The position numbers were made by a program, and so were the translations under genes. From Planctomycetota bacterium (GTDB lineage Bacteria > Planctomycetota > SZUA-567 > H5-PLA8): a stretch of DNA of 64,000 nucleotides. This document shows positions 55,069 to 64,000 of this stretch, in pieces; position 1 is the first letter of the stretch; every line of letters begins with the position of its first letter. The notes under the pieces were generated by a model. It had not been told where the DNA came from. It did no database searches and saw only the letters and a list, made by a program, of their open reading frames with translations. The stretch is from contig JBBRPR010000027.1 in the NCBI GenBank assembly GCA_038227875.1, forward strand, positions 32,001 through 96,000. The letters are read 5' to 3'.

Positions 55069-57159
55069 TCAGGCGATCAGATCGCCATCTATTTCGTCGC
55101 TGCCTTCCACTTTCAGTCCGCGGCGGAACGCTTCTTCGCGGTAGTGGCCGGCGAGATTCCAGAGACCTTCGTTTTCAAGCTGCGACACCAGCGCTTCGAT
55201 TTTCGATGGGCTGGGGTTGCTGCCGAGCACGCGGTCGAGATGCGTGATCGCTTCGCTGTAGCGCCGGTCGCGGGCGAACGTCAGCCCAATATGCAGCGCC
55301 ACCTTCGGGGGATGCGCACCCAGCTCCAGCGCGCGCCGGAACGCCGCGTGCGCGTGCGCCGACTGATTGGTGTTGCGGTGCATCTCGCCCAGCACCAGCC
55401 ACCAGTACGATTCCTTCGGTTCGAGCACCGTCAATTCCTGCAGTAGCTTCGCCGCTTCGCCGTGCGCCTGCCGTTGCATCAGGCAGAGCACCAGGTTGTA
55501 GCGCGACGAGAGTTCCTTGGGCTGCTCAGCCAGCGCGCCGCGGAAATGCTTCTCGGCGTCGCCGTCCTTGTGTTCGGCCAGCGCCGTCAGGCCGGAGCAA
55601 AACGCGCGGTCGTGGCGCAGGTACGATTCACGCACCGTCGGCCACCACTTCTGAAACACCTCGCGCGCCCGCAGGCGTCCAAAGCTGCGCCCAGTCAGCG
55701 TCTTCAGCAGCCACGGCATGTCGAGGTTCAATTCCAGCGGGTAGCGCGTCCACAGGTCGCTGATGTAATCGACCAGCAGCACGCGCTGCATCAAGCGGCG
55801 CGCGACCTTGCGGACGGGCATGCCCAGATTTTCGAGCACGTGCGAGTCGGCGTGGAGCAGGCCGAAGGCGTCCGTGCATTCTGGATACAGCAACAAGCGC
55901 TGCGGCTGCCGGAAGAACGTGTCGACCGGATCCTTCTCGCGCAACGCCCGCTGCATGCCGTTGAGAAAGAGAATCTGCGCCGAAAGTTCCTTCAGCAGCG
56001 GCTCCTCGGCGGGGCCGGCCATCTTCTGCGCCAGCGCGTCAGCAGCCGCGTCGCAATCCAGACGGATAAAGCGCGCCACGATGGAGACTGCGGCCGAGTC
56101 GCCGGTCCAGTCGTCGCGGCGTTCGTCCCACCATGCCGCCCAGTTGTCGCCGGGATTGAAAGCGAAGGCGTGTCCGGTGATTCGCGTGAGAATGCTGTCG
56201 GCCTGGTTGTGGAAATGGCTGGCCGGATCGAGCCCCGCCGCGACGAGCATGTCCATCAGCGCCGTGCGCGCATCGATCAGCACGCGCAGGCTGTCGCGGT
56301 TGGATGCGGTAACGAAGGAGGTCATTGTCTTCGCGTCGATCACGGTGACTTTAAAATCGTGGTCCATCATCAGGCGGCGGAAAGCGCGCGCCCCGTCGCC
56401 GGGCCGGTTATCGACCAGCGCGGTCCAGTCCGACACGGCGCTCAGCAGCCGCGTGGATTTGTGCGCCAGCGCTTCGGGCGAGAACATGGCCAGATGGAAA
56501 TTAACCGATTCCATGTCGCGGTCGCTGAGCGCCCGGCAGGCCTGCTGCCAGGCGTGTTTTTCCGCGGGCGGAAAACCCGGTTCGATGCGCGGGAACCAGC
56601 GCTGCCATTGCTTGCGCGCGCCTTCTTCCAGCAGCAGGCTGTACAGCGCGTAGGTGGCCACGCCGGTGCTCGCCGCCAACCCCAGCGGCGCTCCGGAAAG
56701 CCGCGCCAGCACTGCGGCGACTACGCCGAGACTCAATTCCAGCACATCCAGCAGGCAGAGATTGAATTGCGTCCGCGAACGCGCCGGCGCTTTCTCGTCG
56801 GGCGTCTTCCGCGCGCTGCAGCACAGCCGCTCCGTCGAAGGGCTCTGCAGATACGTGATCATCCACGCGCAACCCATCGGGTATGCCGCGTGCAACCAGA
56901 GACTGCCTTCGCGCGGGCCGGAGAAAAGTTGAACTAAGTGATCGAGCGCCTGAACGCCAAGCAAGGTGAGGCAGGCCAGCCGGCCGATCTGCACAAACTG
57001 GAGCAGGAGAAACGTCCCGACTAGCAGCGCCGAAGCCGACGCCGCCAACACCGCCAGATCGAAAGGCACATGGACATGCGTGCGAAGGGTGAATGCATCA
57101 GCTGCAGAGATCAGGCAGAACGCGCTGACCCACCAGAACTCCATTGGACGACGCCGCAT
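55069..57159 (-). CDS. Membrane protein with C-terminal TPRs
   Basis: N-terminal TM segments, two L..[IL]TG..F...W..WW-like motifs and TPR units at the end. Confidence 0.7.
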   Translation of the reverse strand: MRRRPMEFWWVSAFCLISAADAFTLRTHVHVPFDLAVLAASASALLVGTFLLLQFVQIGRLACLTLLGVQALDHLVQLFSGPREGSLWLHAAYPMGCAWMITYLQSPSTERLCCSARKTPDEKAPARSRTQFNLCLLDVLELSLGVVAAVLARLSGAPLGLAASTGVATYALYSLLLEEGARKQWQRWFPRIEPGFPPAEKHAWQQACRALSDRDMESVNFHLAMFSPEALAHKSTRLLSAVSDWTALVDNRPGDGARAFRRLMMDHDFKVTVIDAKTMTSFVTASNRDSLRVLIDARTALMDMLVAAGLDPASHFHNQADSILTRITGHAFAFNPGDNWAAWWDERRDDWTGDSAAVSIVARFIRLDCDAAADALAQKMAGPAEEPLLKELSAQILFLNGMQRALREKDPVDTFFRQPQRLLLYPECTDAFGLLHADSHVLENLGMPVRKVARRLMQRVLLVDYISDLWTRYPLELNLDMPWLLKTLTGRSFGRLRAREVFQKWWPTVRESYLRHDRAFCSGLTALAEHKDGDAEKHFRGALAEQPKELSSRYNLVLCLMQRQAHGEAAKLLQELTVLEPKESYWWLVLGEMHRNTNQSAHAHAAFRRALELGAHPPKVALHIGLTFARDRRYSEAITHLDRVLGSNPSPSKIEALVSQLENEGLWNLAGHYREEAFRRGLKVEGSDEIDGDLIA

Positions 57160-57346
57160 AATGGTAGGAAGCCCCGCACTGGAACCCGCACGCGTGACTG
57201 AAACTGGCTCGAATTAAGATAACGCCCTTCGCACCGTGAGCAACACTTTCATCGTGAAAAGATCATCAAAAAGTGAGTCGCCGATAAAAGCTATAAAATT
57301 AGCGGCAGGAACTATGCCGTAGATGCCCACGCCAACGATAACAGAT

Positions 57347-57477
57347 GGGATCGGGGATCTGGCATCGGGCATCTGCTTTTTGGGAGGCACGTCCGTAATG
57401 CCCAATCGGAGAGAAATAACGTTGTAATACGGTGCGCCCACAAAATGACCGATGCCAGATGCCCGATCCCCGATGCC
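57347..57477. repeat. Inverted pair of 7-nt tandem arrays (GGSATCK x4 ... MGATSCC x4)
   Basis: Arrays at 57347-57374 and 57450-57477. Confidence 0.85.
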
Positions 57478-57587
57478 ATTAGTTGGCGTCGAGCCCGACC
57501 CCTTCACTAGAATCTTCCCCGCCATCCGCTATCTTTATCGTTTCCGTCGCGACACGACGGCACAGACCATTTTCACTTGGAGAAGCC

Positions 57588-58829
57588 ATGGACGCTGCAC
57601 TTCGTACGGCGCTGATTCGCGCCGCTGAAACCCAGGGGACGCCGGTTTACGTCTACGACAAAGCCACCATCGTCACGCGCTGCGAGTCGCTCAACGCCGC
57701 GATCACCTACCCCAAGAAGAAGCTGCTCTACGCGATGAAAGCCAACTCCAACCAGGCCGTCGTCAAGACGATCCTCGGCACCGGATTCGGACTCGACTGC
57801 GTCAGCCTCGGCGAAGTGCAGTTCGGCTTGAAGCTCGGCGCCGATCGCGTGCTCTACACCAACAACAACGTCTCCGACGAAGAGTTCAACGCCGTCGTCA
57901 AGATTGGTAAAGAGACCGGCAAGATCTGGATCAACTGCGACAGCCTGCAGCGCCTCAACGACCTGCCCGAAGGCACCGCCTGCTTCGTCCGCATCAACGG
58001 CCCCGTCGGCGGCGGACATCACGACCATGTCATCACCTGCGGCCCGGAGAGCAAATTCGGCGTGCCGTGGGAACACGTCCCCGACGTCCTGAAGATCGTG
58101 ACCGAACGCAAGCTCAAGCTGATCGGCGTCCACCAGCACATCGGCTCGGGCATCCGCGAAGTCGAGAAATTCGCCGAAGCGATGGAAGTGCTCCTGAGCG
58201 TGCTGCGCAAGAACAAGCTCCCGGATCTGGAGTTCGTCGACTTCGGCGGCGGCATCGGCGTACCGTACCGGCCGACGGAAAAACCGATCGACCTGAAAGC
58301 CTTCGGCGCGATGCTCTCGACGCGCTTCACCCAGTTCTGCAAGGACGCCGGAAAAGAGCTGACCCTGGTGCTCGAACCCGGCCGCTTCCCGGTCGCCGAG
58401 AGCGGCTATCTCGTCGCCAAGGCCAACACGATCAAGGAGACGCCGTACAGCAAAACCTTCGCGGGCATCAACACCGGCTTCAACCATCTCGTCCGCCCGA
58501 CGATGTACGGCAGCTACCATCACATCACGAACCTGAGCAACCCCGACGGTGCGCAGAAGCCCTATTACGTCGCCGGCAACATCTGCGAAAGCGGCGACAT
58601 CTTCACGCGCGGCGACGGCGACGAAAACAGCGCCGCCTCGCGCACGCTCCCCGAAATCCGCCGCGGCGATTTCCTCGCCATCCACAACGCCGGCGCCTAC
58701 GGCTACGCGATGGCCTCCGAATACAACATGCGCCCTCGCCCGGCCGAACTGCTGCTCGACAAGGGCGAACTGATCGTCGCCCGCAAAGCCAAGAGCGTGG
58801 AAGACGTGGTGCGGGAGTTCATGGGCTGA
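57588..58829 (+). CDS. lysA: Diaminopimelate decarboxylase
   Basis: TPVYVYD, YAMKAN, SKFG, HIGS, DFGGG, EPGR, GNICESGD and GAYG...YN.RP motifs. Confidence 0.94.
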   Translation: MDAALRTALIRAAETQGTPVYVYDKATIVTRCESLNAAITYPKKKLLYAMKANSNQAVVKTILGTGFGLDCVSLGEVQFGLKLGADRVLYTNNNVSDEEFNAVVKIGKETGKIWINCDSLQRLNDLPEGTACFVRINGPVGGGHHDHVITCGPESKFGVPWEHVPDVLKIVTERKLKLIGVHQHIGSGIREVEKFAEAMEVLLSVLRKNKLPDLEFVDFGGGIGVPYRPTEKPIDLKAFGAMLSTRFTQFCKDAGKELTLVLEPGRFPVAESGYLVAKANTIKETPYSKTFAGINTGFNHLVRPTMYGSYHHITNLSNPDGAQKPYYVAGNICESGDIFTRGDGDENSAASRTLPEIRRGDFLAIHNAGAYGYAMASEYNMRPRPAELLLDKGELIVARKAKSVEDVVREFMG

Positions 58830-58906
58830 GCGCGCTTAAGCGCGCTGACGCGCTGACGCGCGAGGGCCAGGGGTCAGGGCCAGGGGTCAGAGATGGGCGC
58901 GCGCAA

Positions 58907-59134
58907 GGGCACTTGAAGGAGAATCAGCGCGCGATGGTGGCCGCGCGGATGTTGCCGCACTTCGAAGAGGAAGCATTCCTGCGCAGGAATGTCAAAGGAG
59001 TGGTCAAAAGCCAACATGGGGACTGTAGTCCCCATCCTGACCACGGTCGAGCGAAGGACCACGCAGGAAGAGTCCTTAACATTTCCGGTAAGAGTGTGAG
59101 CTTTGCACGCAATCTCTTGGACCATGGCATCCCT
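58907..59134 (+). pseudogene. Fragment resembling the HTH region of phage/ICE ParB-like proteins
   Basis: HLKENQRAMVAARM...GRAKDHAGRVLNISGKSV..A..L..GIP; no start codon or N-terminal domain. Confidence 0.5.
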
Positions 59135-59265
59135 GCTCGACCGAGGCGTGGTCGTCATCCGCAGCGACGACGCGGAAAAGTAGCGTGTCTCTATGAACGT
59201 TGAGTAAAGCAGACGACGGGTGGCCCGGCCTCTAAGGCCGGGTCGCTTGGCGACAAGAGGCTCCA

Positions 59266-59303
59266 GGACAATCGTTGCGATCAATAGAGCGCAACGATTG
59301 TCC
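59266..59303. repeat. 14-bp perfect stem-loop
   Basis: GGACAATCGTTGCG-N10-CGCAACGATTGTCC. Confidence 0.75.
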
Positions 59304-59386
59304 GCGAGTGCTTCGAAGTCGGATAACTTTTCGTGCGCGCCCCCACCTCTGGCCCTGACCCCTCGCGCGTCAGCGCGCCGCGCGCG

Positions 59387-60487
59387 CTAGAGCTTCGTCT
59401 TCAGGTCCACGCGCCGTCCGGTCTTCGCGGACTCCAAACCGGCGAGCAGGATCTCGGTGATGTGGCGGGCGGTGCGGGCGGTTTCGAAGCCGACGGGCGC
59501 GCCGGTGCGGATCGAGTTGATCCACTGCAGGTGCGGGTCGACGTAGGCGTGCTTCTTGCAGTCGATATCTTTGCGCTTGGCGGCGACGTCTTCGGATTTC
59601 TTGCTGGCTTGCTGGTAGAGCGAGATTTCGGCGCCCGCGTAGCCGGGGAATTCGGCGCGACCCAGCGTGCCGTGGACCATCAGGCGGCCGGAGCGCGCGC
59701 CGTCGCACCAGCCAGTTTCGGCTGAGGCGATCGCGCCGTTGGCGAACTGGATGATCAGCGTCGCGGTGTCTTCCACCGCGCTGGGCTTGTCGAGAATCGC
59801 GGTCATGCCCATCACGGATTTGGCCGACCCGAGAATCGCGACGAGGCGCGCCACGGCGTAGACGCCCATGTCGAAGAGCGCACCGACGGCGGCTTCGCCG
59901 GCTTCGAAGAACCAGAGTTTCTCGCCCGGCTTCAGCGGCGGTTCTTTCAGCAACTGGCGGATGCCGGCGTAGTAAACTTCCGGGCCGCCGTGCGAGAAGC
60001 GGCAGTGCGCGCCGGAGATTTTGCCGAGCAGGCCTTCCGCGATCAGATCGCGCATGGTCAGAATCTGCGGAAACGTGAGCTGCGGCAGGCAGTAGACGAC
60101 CTGCTTCGAGGCTTCCGCGGCCTTCACGAAGCGGTCGGCTTCGTCCATCGTCGGCGCCAGCGGCTTCTGCATGAAGACGTGCTTGCCGGCCTTGAGCGCC
60201 GCCAGTCCGAGGTCGACGTGATGCGGATGCGGCGTGGCGATCACGACCGCGTCGATCGACGGGTCTTCGATCACGGCGTTGTAATCGGTGAACGCCTTGC
60301 CGCCGTGGCGGTCGGTGAGCACTTTAAGCCGCGACATTTTGCGCCCGGCCAGCGCGGCGATCTTGACGCCTTTGATTTTTTCCAGCTGCGGCAGATGCAT
60401 CTTCGCCGCGATGCCGCCGGCGCCGATGATGCCGATCGAAATGGGCTCGTCCAATTCCGCGGGGATCCGGCGTGACGCTTTGGCCAT
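59387..60487 (-). CDS. Gfo/Idh/MocA family oxidoreductase
   Basis: GIIGAGGIA, IATPHPHH, GKHVFMQKP and GALFDMGVY motifs. Confidence 0.92.
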   Translation of the reverse strand: MAKASRRIPAELDEPISIGIIGAGGIAAKMHLPQLEKIKGVKIAALAGRKMSRLKVLTDRHGGKAFTDYNAVIEDPSIDAVVIATPHPHHVDLGLAALKAGKHVFMQKPLAPTMDEADRFVKAAEASKQVVYCLPQLTFPQILTMRDLIAEGLLGKISGAHCRFSHGGPEVYYAGIRQLLKEPPLKPGEKLWFFEAGEAAVGALFDMGVYAVARLVAILGSAKSVMGMTAILDKPSAVEDTATLIIQFANGAIASAETGWCDGARSGRLMVHGTLGRAEFPGYAGAEISLYQQASKKSEDVAAKRKDIDCKKHAYVDPHLQWINSIRTGAPVGFETARTARHITEILLAGLESAKTGRRVDLKTKL

Positions 60488-60566
60488 GCTGTATTAGTCC
60501 TCGACTAGCCTGTTTTGGAATGCGAAAACGCGATGATAGTGAAATGCGCGTGCCCCGCAATCGGTG

Positions 60567-60604
60567 AAAACAAAACCGGCAAGCGCGTATGCGCTTGCCG
60601 GTTT
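60567..60604 (-). terminator. Intrinsic terminator of tex
   Basis: AAACCGGCAAGCGC-N4-GCGCTTGCCGGTTT with TTTTGTTTT on the minus strand. Confidence 0.85.
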
Positions 60605-60630
60605 CCACTGCTCAACTTTCACGACTCAAC

Positions 60631-63393
60631 TCACTTATCCGTATCGACGCCCGCCTGCTTCAAGAGATCGGCCAGCGACGTGCCAGTCGACTGCTGTTTG
60701 CGCATCACTTCGCGGACTTCGTCGCGGGAGGCGCCGTCGGCGTTGCCGGGGCGCTTTTCGCGTTCCTTTTCTTTGCGCTTGCCCTTCACGAAGAACTTCG
60801 AGTAGTCGGGCTTGCCGGGCGCGGGCTTCGGGGGCGTGCGTTCGTGACGTTCTCCGCCGCCACCACCACCGCTGCGACCTCGTCCGCCAGCACCACCACC
60901 GCCGCCGCTACCGCCGCCAGGACCGCGGTTGCGGTCAAAGCGCCGTGCGCCGGGTTTCTGTGAAGCATCGGCCGGAGCGCCGGATCCGGGTGCGCCGGGC
61001 GTGCTGGGTGCGCCAGCCGTTGCGGGCTGACCGGGTGTGCCTTGACCTTGTCCCTGGCGTGGCGGACGCGAGCCACGATCGAAGCGACGCGGCGGCCGGG
61101 ACTGTTGCGTCGACGCGGTGCCTTCCGCACCCGGCGTTCCGGCAGCAGCCGGAGCGCCAGCGACAGCCGGCGTCGTTCCGGACGTGCGCGCGGGGCGCGG
61201 ACGCGGAGCGGGCTTGGGCTTGCGCGGTTCGCGGACCGGCGCTTCCTGCAGCGCCTTGATCGAGAGGCTGATGCGCTTGCGCTCGAGATCGACCGAGAGC
61301 ACCTTCACCTTCACGTGCTGGCCGATGGCGAGGGCTTCGGACGGATCGCGGATGAACTTATGCGTGATCGCCGAGATGTGGACCAGGCCGTCCTGGTGGA
61401 CGCCGACGTCGACAAACGCGCCGAACGCGGTCAGGTTGGTCACGACGCCGTTGAGCGCCATGCCTTCCGTCAGGTCCTTGACTTCGTGAACACTCTCGTT
61501 GAATTCCGGATTGACGAACTGGTCGCGCGGATCGCGGCCGGGCTTCTTCAACTCCTCAACGATGTCCTTTAAGGTGTAGTCGCCGATCTGGTCGGACTTG
61601 AACTGATTCAGATCGAGCTTGGCCAGCGCATCGGCGTTGCCGACGAGTTCCTTCACGCCCACGCCGGCGGCCGCGGCCATCTTTTCGACGACAGGGTAGG
61701 CTTCCGGATGGACGGCGGAGTTGTCGAGCGGGTTTTCACTGCCGCGCACGCGCAAGAATCCGGCGCACTGTTCAAACATCTTCGGTCCGAGGCCCGGGAT
61801 CTCCAACAGGTCCTGGCGCGACTTGAACCCGGACTTGGCGGTGCGCGTGTCGATCACGCTCTTGGCCAGCTTCGGTCCGATGCCGGCGATGTAGCGCAGC
61901 AGCGGCGCGCTGGCGGTATTGACGTCCACGCCGACATGATTTACGCAGCTTTCCACGATCTCGTCGAGCTTCTGCTTGAGCAGCGTCTGGTCGACATCGT
62001 GCTGGTACTGTCCGACGCCGATGGTTTTCGGTTCGAGCTTCACCAGCTCGGCCAGCGGGTCCTGCAAGCGGCGGCCGATGGAGACGGTGCCGCGGACGGT
62101 GATGTCGACGTCGGGCAGTTCTTCGCGCGCGACGGGCGATGCGCTATAAATCGAGGCGCCCGATTCGCTGACGATGACGCGGATGATGCCGGTGATGCTC
62201 GCCGATTTCAGCACGTCGCGGATGAACGCGTCGGCTTCGCGGCCGCCGGTGCCGTTGCCGATGGCCAGCGCCTGGACGCCGTGTGCCTGGATCAGCTTCA
62301 GGATCGTTTCGCCGGCGGTCTTGCGTTCCTCGTCGCTCTTGTCGGGGTAGATCACGGCGTGTTCGAGCAGCTTGCCGCGCGGATCGAGAATCGCGATCTT
62401 GCAGCCGGTGCGCAGGCCCGGGTCGATGGCCAGCACCATCTTCTCGCCCAGCGGAGCCTGGAGCAGCAGTGCGCGCAGATTCTTGGCGAAGACTTCGATC
62501 GCTTCGAGGTCGGCGCGATGCTTCAGGTCCTGGCGGAGTTCGTTGTCCATCGACGGGGCGAGGAGGCGGTCGTAGCTTTCCTCGATCGCCAGCACCAGTT
62601 CGGGGCGCAGGATCGCGTCCTGATTTTTGACCACCAGCGTTTTGATCTCGCTGAGGATTTTTTCGCGGGGCGCTTCGAGCACCAGCGAGAGCTGTTTTTC
62701 CGACGCGCCGCGCATCACGGCCAGAATGCGGTGCGCGGGAATCTTGTTCAGCGGCTCGGAGAACTGCGCGTAGTTGGCGAACTTGCCCTTGGCCAGGTCG
62801 ACGCCTTCGCGGGCCTTGGTGACGACCTTGCCTTCGTTGATCAGCGCTTCGCGGGCGATCTTGCGGCAGGGCGCGTCTTCGGCAATGCGCTCGGCGACAA
62901 TGTCGCGCGCGCCGGCCAGCGCTTCGGCCATGTCCTTGACGCCCTTTTCGGCGTTGATGAACGGGGTACAGATTTCTTCGGGGCTGCCGGTGGCGACTTC
63001 CTGCTTCCAGATCAGGTCGGCCAGCGGCTCGAGTCCCTTCTGCTTGGCGGCCGTGGAGCGCGTGCGGCGGCGGGCGCGGAAAGGCATGTAAAGGTCTTCG
63101 AGTTCGACCTTGGTCGTCGCGGCCTTGACGGCGGCTTCGAGTTCCGGCGAGAGCTTGTTCTGCTCGCCGATGGTTTTCAGCACCAGCTCGCGCCGCTGTT
63201 CCAGCTCGGTCAGGTACTTCAAGCGGTCCTTGATCTCGGCGATCTTGACCTCGTCGAGCCCCCCTGTCCTTTCTTTGCGGTAACGCGCAATGAACGGCAC
63301 GGTGGCTTCGTCGCGAAGCAACGACACCGTACCCTCGACCTGGGTTCGTCCAAGTTTCAACTCACTTGAAATGCGATCAATCACGTCCAGCAT
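60631..63393 (-). CDS. tex: Tex/YhgF RNA-binding transcription accessory protein with a long low-complexity tail
   Basis: TVPFIARYRKERTG, LEDLY.P, DPGLRTGCK, SIGRRLQDPLAELVK, GVGQYQHD and S1 domain FGAFVDVGVHQDGLVHIS. Confidence 0.95.
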   Translation of the reverse strand: MLDVIDRISSELKLGRTQVEGTVSLLRDEATVPFIARYRKERTGGLDEVKIAEIKDRLKYLTELEQRRELVLKTIGEQNKLSPELEAAVKAATTKVELEDLYMPFRARRRTRSTAAKQKGLEPLADLIWKQEVATGSPEEICTPFINAEKGVKDMAEALAGARDIVAERIAEDAPCRKIAREALINEGKVVTKAREGVDLAKGKFANYAQFSEPLNKIPAHRILAVMRGASEKQLSLVLEAPREKILSEIKTLVVKNQDAILRPELVLAIEESYDRLLAPSMDNELRQDLKHRADLEAIEVFAKNLRALLLQAPLGEKMVLAIDPGLRTGCKIAILDPRGKLLEHAVIYPDKSDEERKTAGETILKLIQAHGVQALAIGNGTGGREADAFIRDVLKSASITGIIRVIVSESGASIYSASPVAREELPDVDITVRGTVSIGRRLQDPLAELVKLEPKTIGVGQYQHDVDQTLLKQKLDEIVESCVNHVGVDVNTASAPLLRYIAGIGPKLAKSVIDTRTAKSGFKSRQDLLEIPGLGPKMFEQCAGFLRVRGSENPLDNSAVHPEAYPVVEKMAAAAGVGVKELVGNADALAKLDLNQFKSDQIGDYTLKDIVEELKKPGRDPRDQFVNPEFNESVHEVKDLTEGMALNGVVTNLTAFGAFVDVGVHQDGLVHISAITHKFIRDPSEALAIGQHVKVKVLSVDLERKRISLSIKALQEAPVREPRKPKPAPRPRPARTSGTTPAVAGAPAAAGTPGAEGTASTQQSRPPRRFDRGSRPPRQGQGQGTPGQPATAGAPSTPGAPGSGAPADASQKPGARRFDRNRGPGGGSGGGGGAGGRGRSGGGGGGERHERTPPKPAPGKPDYSKFFVKGKRKEKEREKRPGNADGASRDEVREVMRKQQSTGTSLADLLKQAGVDTDK

Positions 63394-63525
63394 AAGCTCT
63401 ATTCTTCCCGTACGGCGTGGCGCGTCCGAAAGTGGTGCGCCGAAGCGTGCGTACCCTACCACAGTGACATTGGAGATTCGAGTTTCGATTTGGAACGGGC
63501 GGTTTTGGCGGTGCGCAAGGGGGTT

Positions 63526-63594
63526 GCCGGCGGGACCTGTACCACAATTGTGAAGTGCGCCGCCGCGTATTGTGGTGCAGGCGTCCCGCCTGCA
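63526..63594. repeat. REP-like pair
   Basis: TTGTGGTGCAGGCGTCCCGCCTGCA at 63570 and a degenerate inverted copy GCCGGCGGGACCTGTACCACAA at 63526. Confidence 0.65.
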
Positions 63595-63612
63595 AACGTT
63601 ACGTGCCCCCAA

Positions 63613-63999
63613 CTACTTCCACGCTTTGCGCAGCGCCTGGGCCAGCGCGCGGAAGGCGATGCTTTCTTCCTTTCCCGAACGGTAGAGCAAGCCGAACGGC
63701 AGCGCGCCGCCTTTGAGCTTCGTTGACATGTCGTACGCAATGGTGTGGGGCTCGCGCGGGAGTTCGGATTTGGCGGGCATGCCTTTTACGCCGCTCAATA
63801 GATAAGGGACGAAAGCCGGCGCGACGCCTTCGCGCACCAGGCCGCGCATGGTCTGTGAGAAGGTGACTTCGGCGGCAACTTTCAACGTGACACCGGATTC
63901 GCGGAAGAGGCGCTCGGTAAGTACGCGGCGCGGCGAAGTCGGGCCGTAGACGATCAGGGCGTGCTGTGCGATTTCGGCCGGCGTGGGCAGGCGGCCGAG
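63613..63999 (-). CDS. LysR family regulator, C-terminal substrate-binding part (5' end outside the window)
   Basis: Frame is open to the window edge: EIAQHALIVY...RRVLTERLFRESGV.LKVAAEV...LVREGV..AFVP. Confidence 0.75.
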   Translation of the reverse strand, partial: LGRLPTPAEIAQHALIVYGPTSPRRVLTERLFRESGVTLKVAAEVTFSQTMRGLVREGVAPAFVPYLLSGVKGMPAKSELPREPHTIAYDMSTKLKGGALPFGLLYRSGKEESIAFRALAQALRKAWK

Positions 64000-64000
64000 T

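Larger units (their letters stand above)
58848..59378. mobile_element. Inverted-repeat-bounded insert carrying a gene remnant
   Basis: Left CGCGCTGACGCGCGAGGG...GGTCAGGGCCAG mirrors right CTGGCCCTGACCCCTCGCGCGTCAGCGCG; interior is AT-richer. Confidence 0.55.

Noticed and set aside
17617..63369. Long antisense or alternate-frame ORFs (e.g. 17617-19287, 31022-32608, 55462-56937, 61708-63369)
   Set aside because: Typical stop-poor shadows of real genes in GC-rich DNA.
1..64000. CRISPR array, tRNA, rRNA, intact transposase or integrase
   Set aside because: No regularly spaced 23-47 bp repeats, cloverleaf or rRNA signatures, or DDE/tyrosine recombinase ORFs were seen by eye.

Overview
GC-rich bacterial chromosomal window, probably from a Planctomycetota/PVC-type organism. 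That assignment is inferred from the many secreted HEAT/TPR proteins, GTAG-type REPs and 7-nt tandem repeats; no marker gene proves it. Recognisable genes are the 3' end of a class II ribonucleotide reductase, a five-gene NrtR operon (nrtR-NADAR-pncA-Nudix-macrodomain) with a clear sigma70 promoter and operator, GH13, thiO-like oxidase, hss, yebC-ruvC, fmt, a hybrid histidine kinase, a GH-like/MDR/AraC sugar locus, GH44, lysA, Gfo/Idh/MocA, tex and a partial LysR gene. Most notable: (1) a c-di-AMP (ydaO/yuaA) riboswitch with promoter and terminator pointing at an SPFH/flotillin gene; (2) a GcvH-like lipoyl carrier + tandem DGC protein + TusA module with no glycine-cleavage partners; (3) an NrtR operon pairing two ADP-ribose 'eraser' families without a toxin; (4) a prokaryotic pentameric ligand-gated ion channel whose M4 helix is broken by a 1-nt frameshift; (5) several intergenic elements built from inverted arrays of 7-nt repeats with a different unit each time; (6) paralogous secreted HEAT + LecA-like proteins. 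No rRNA, tRNA, CRISPR array, intact transposase or integrase was seen. All calls come from reading motifs by eye; no searches were run.
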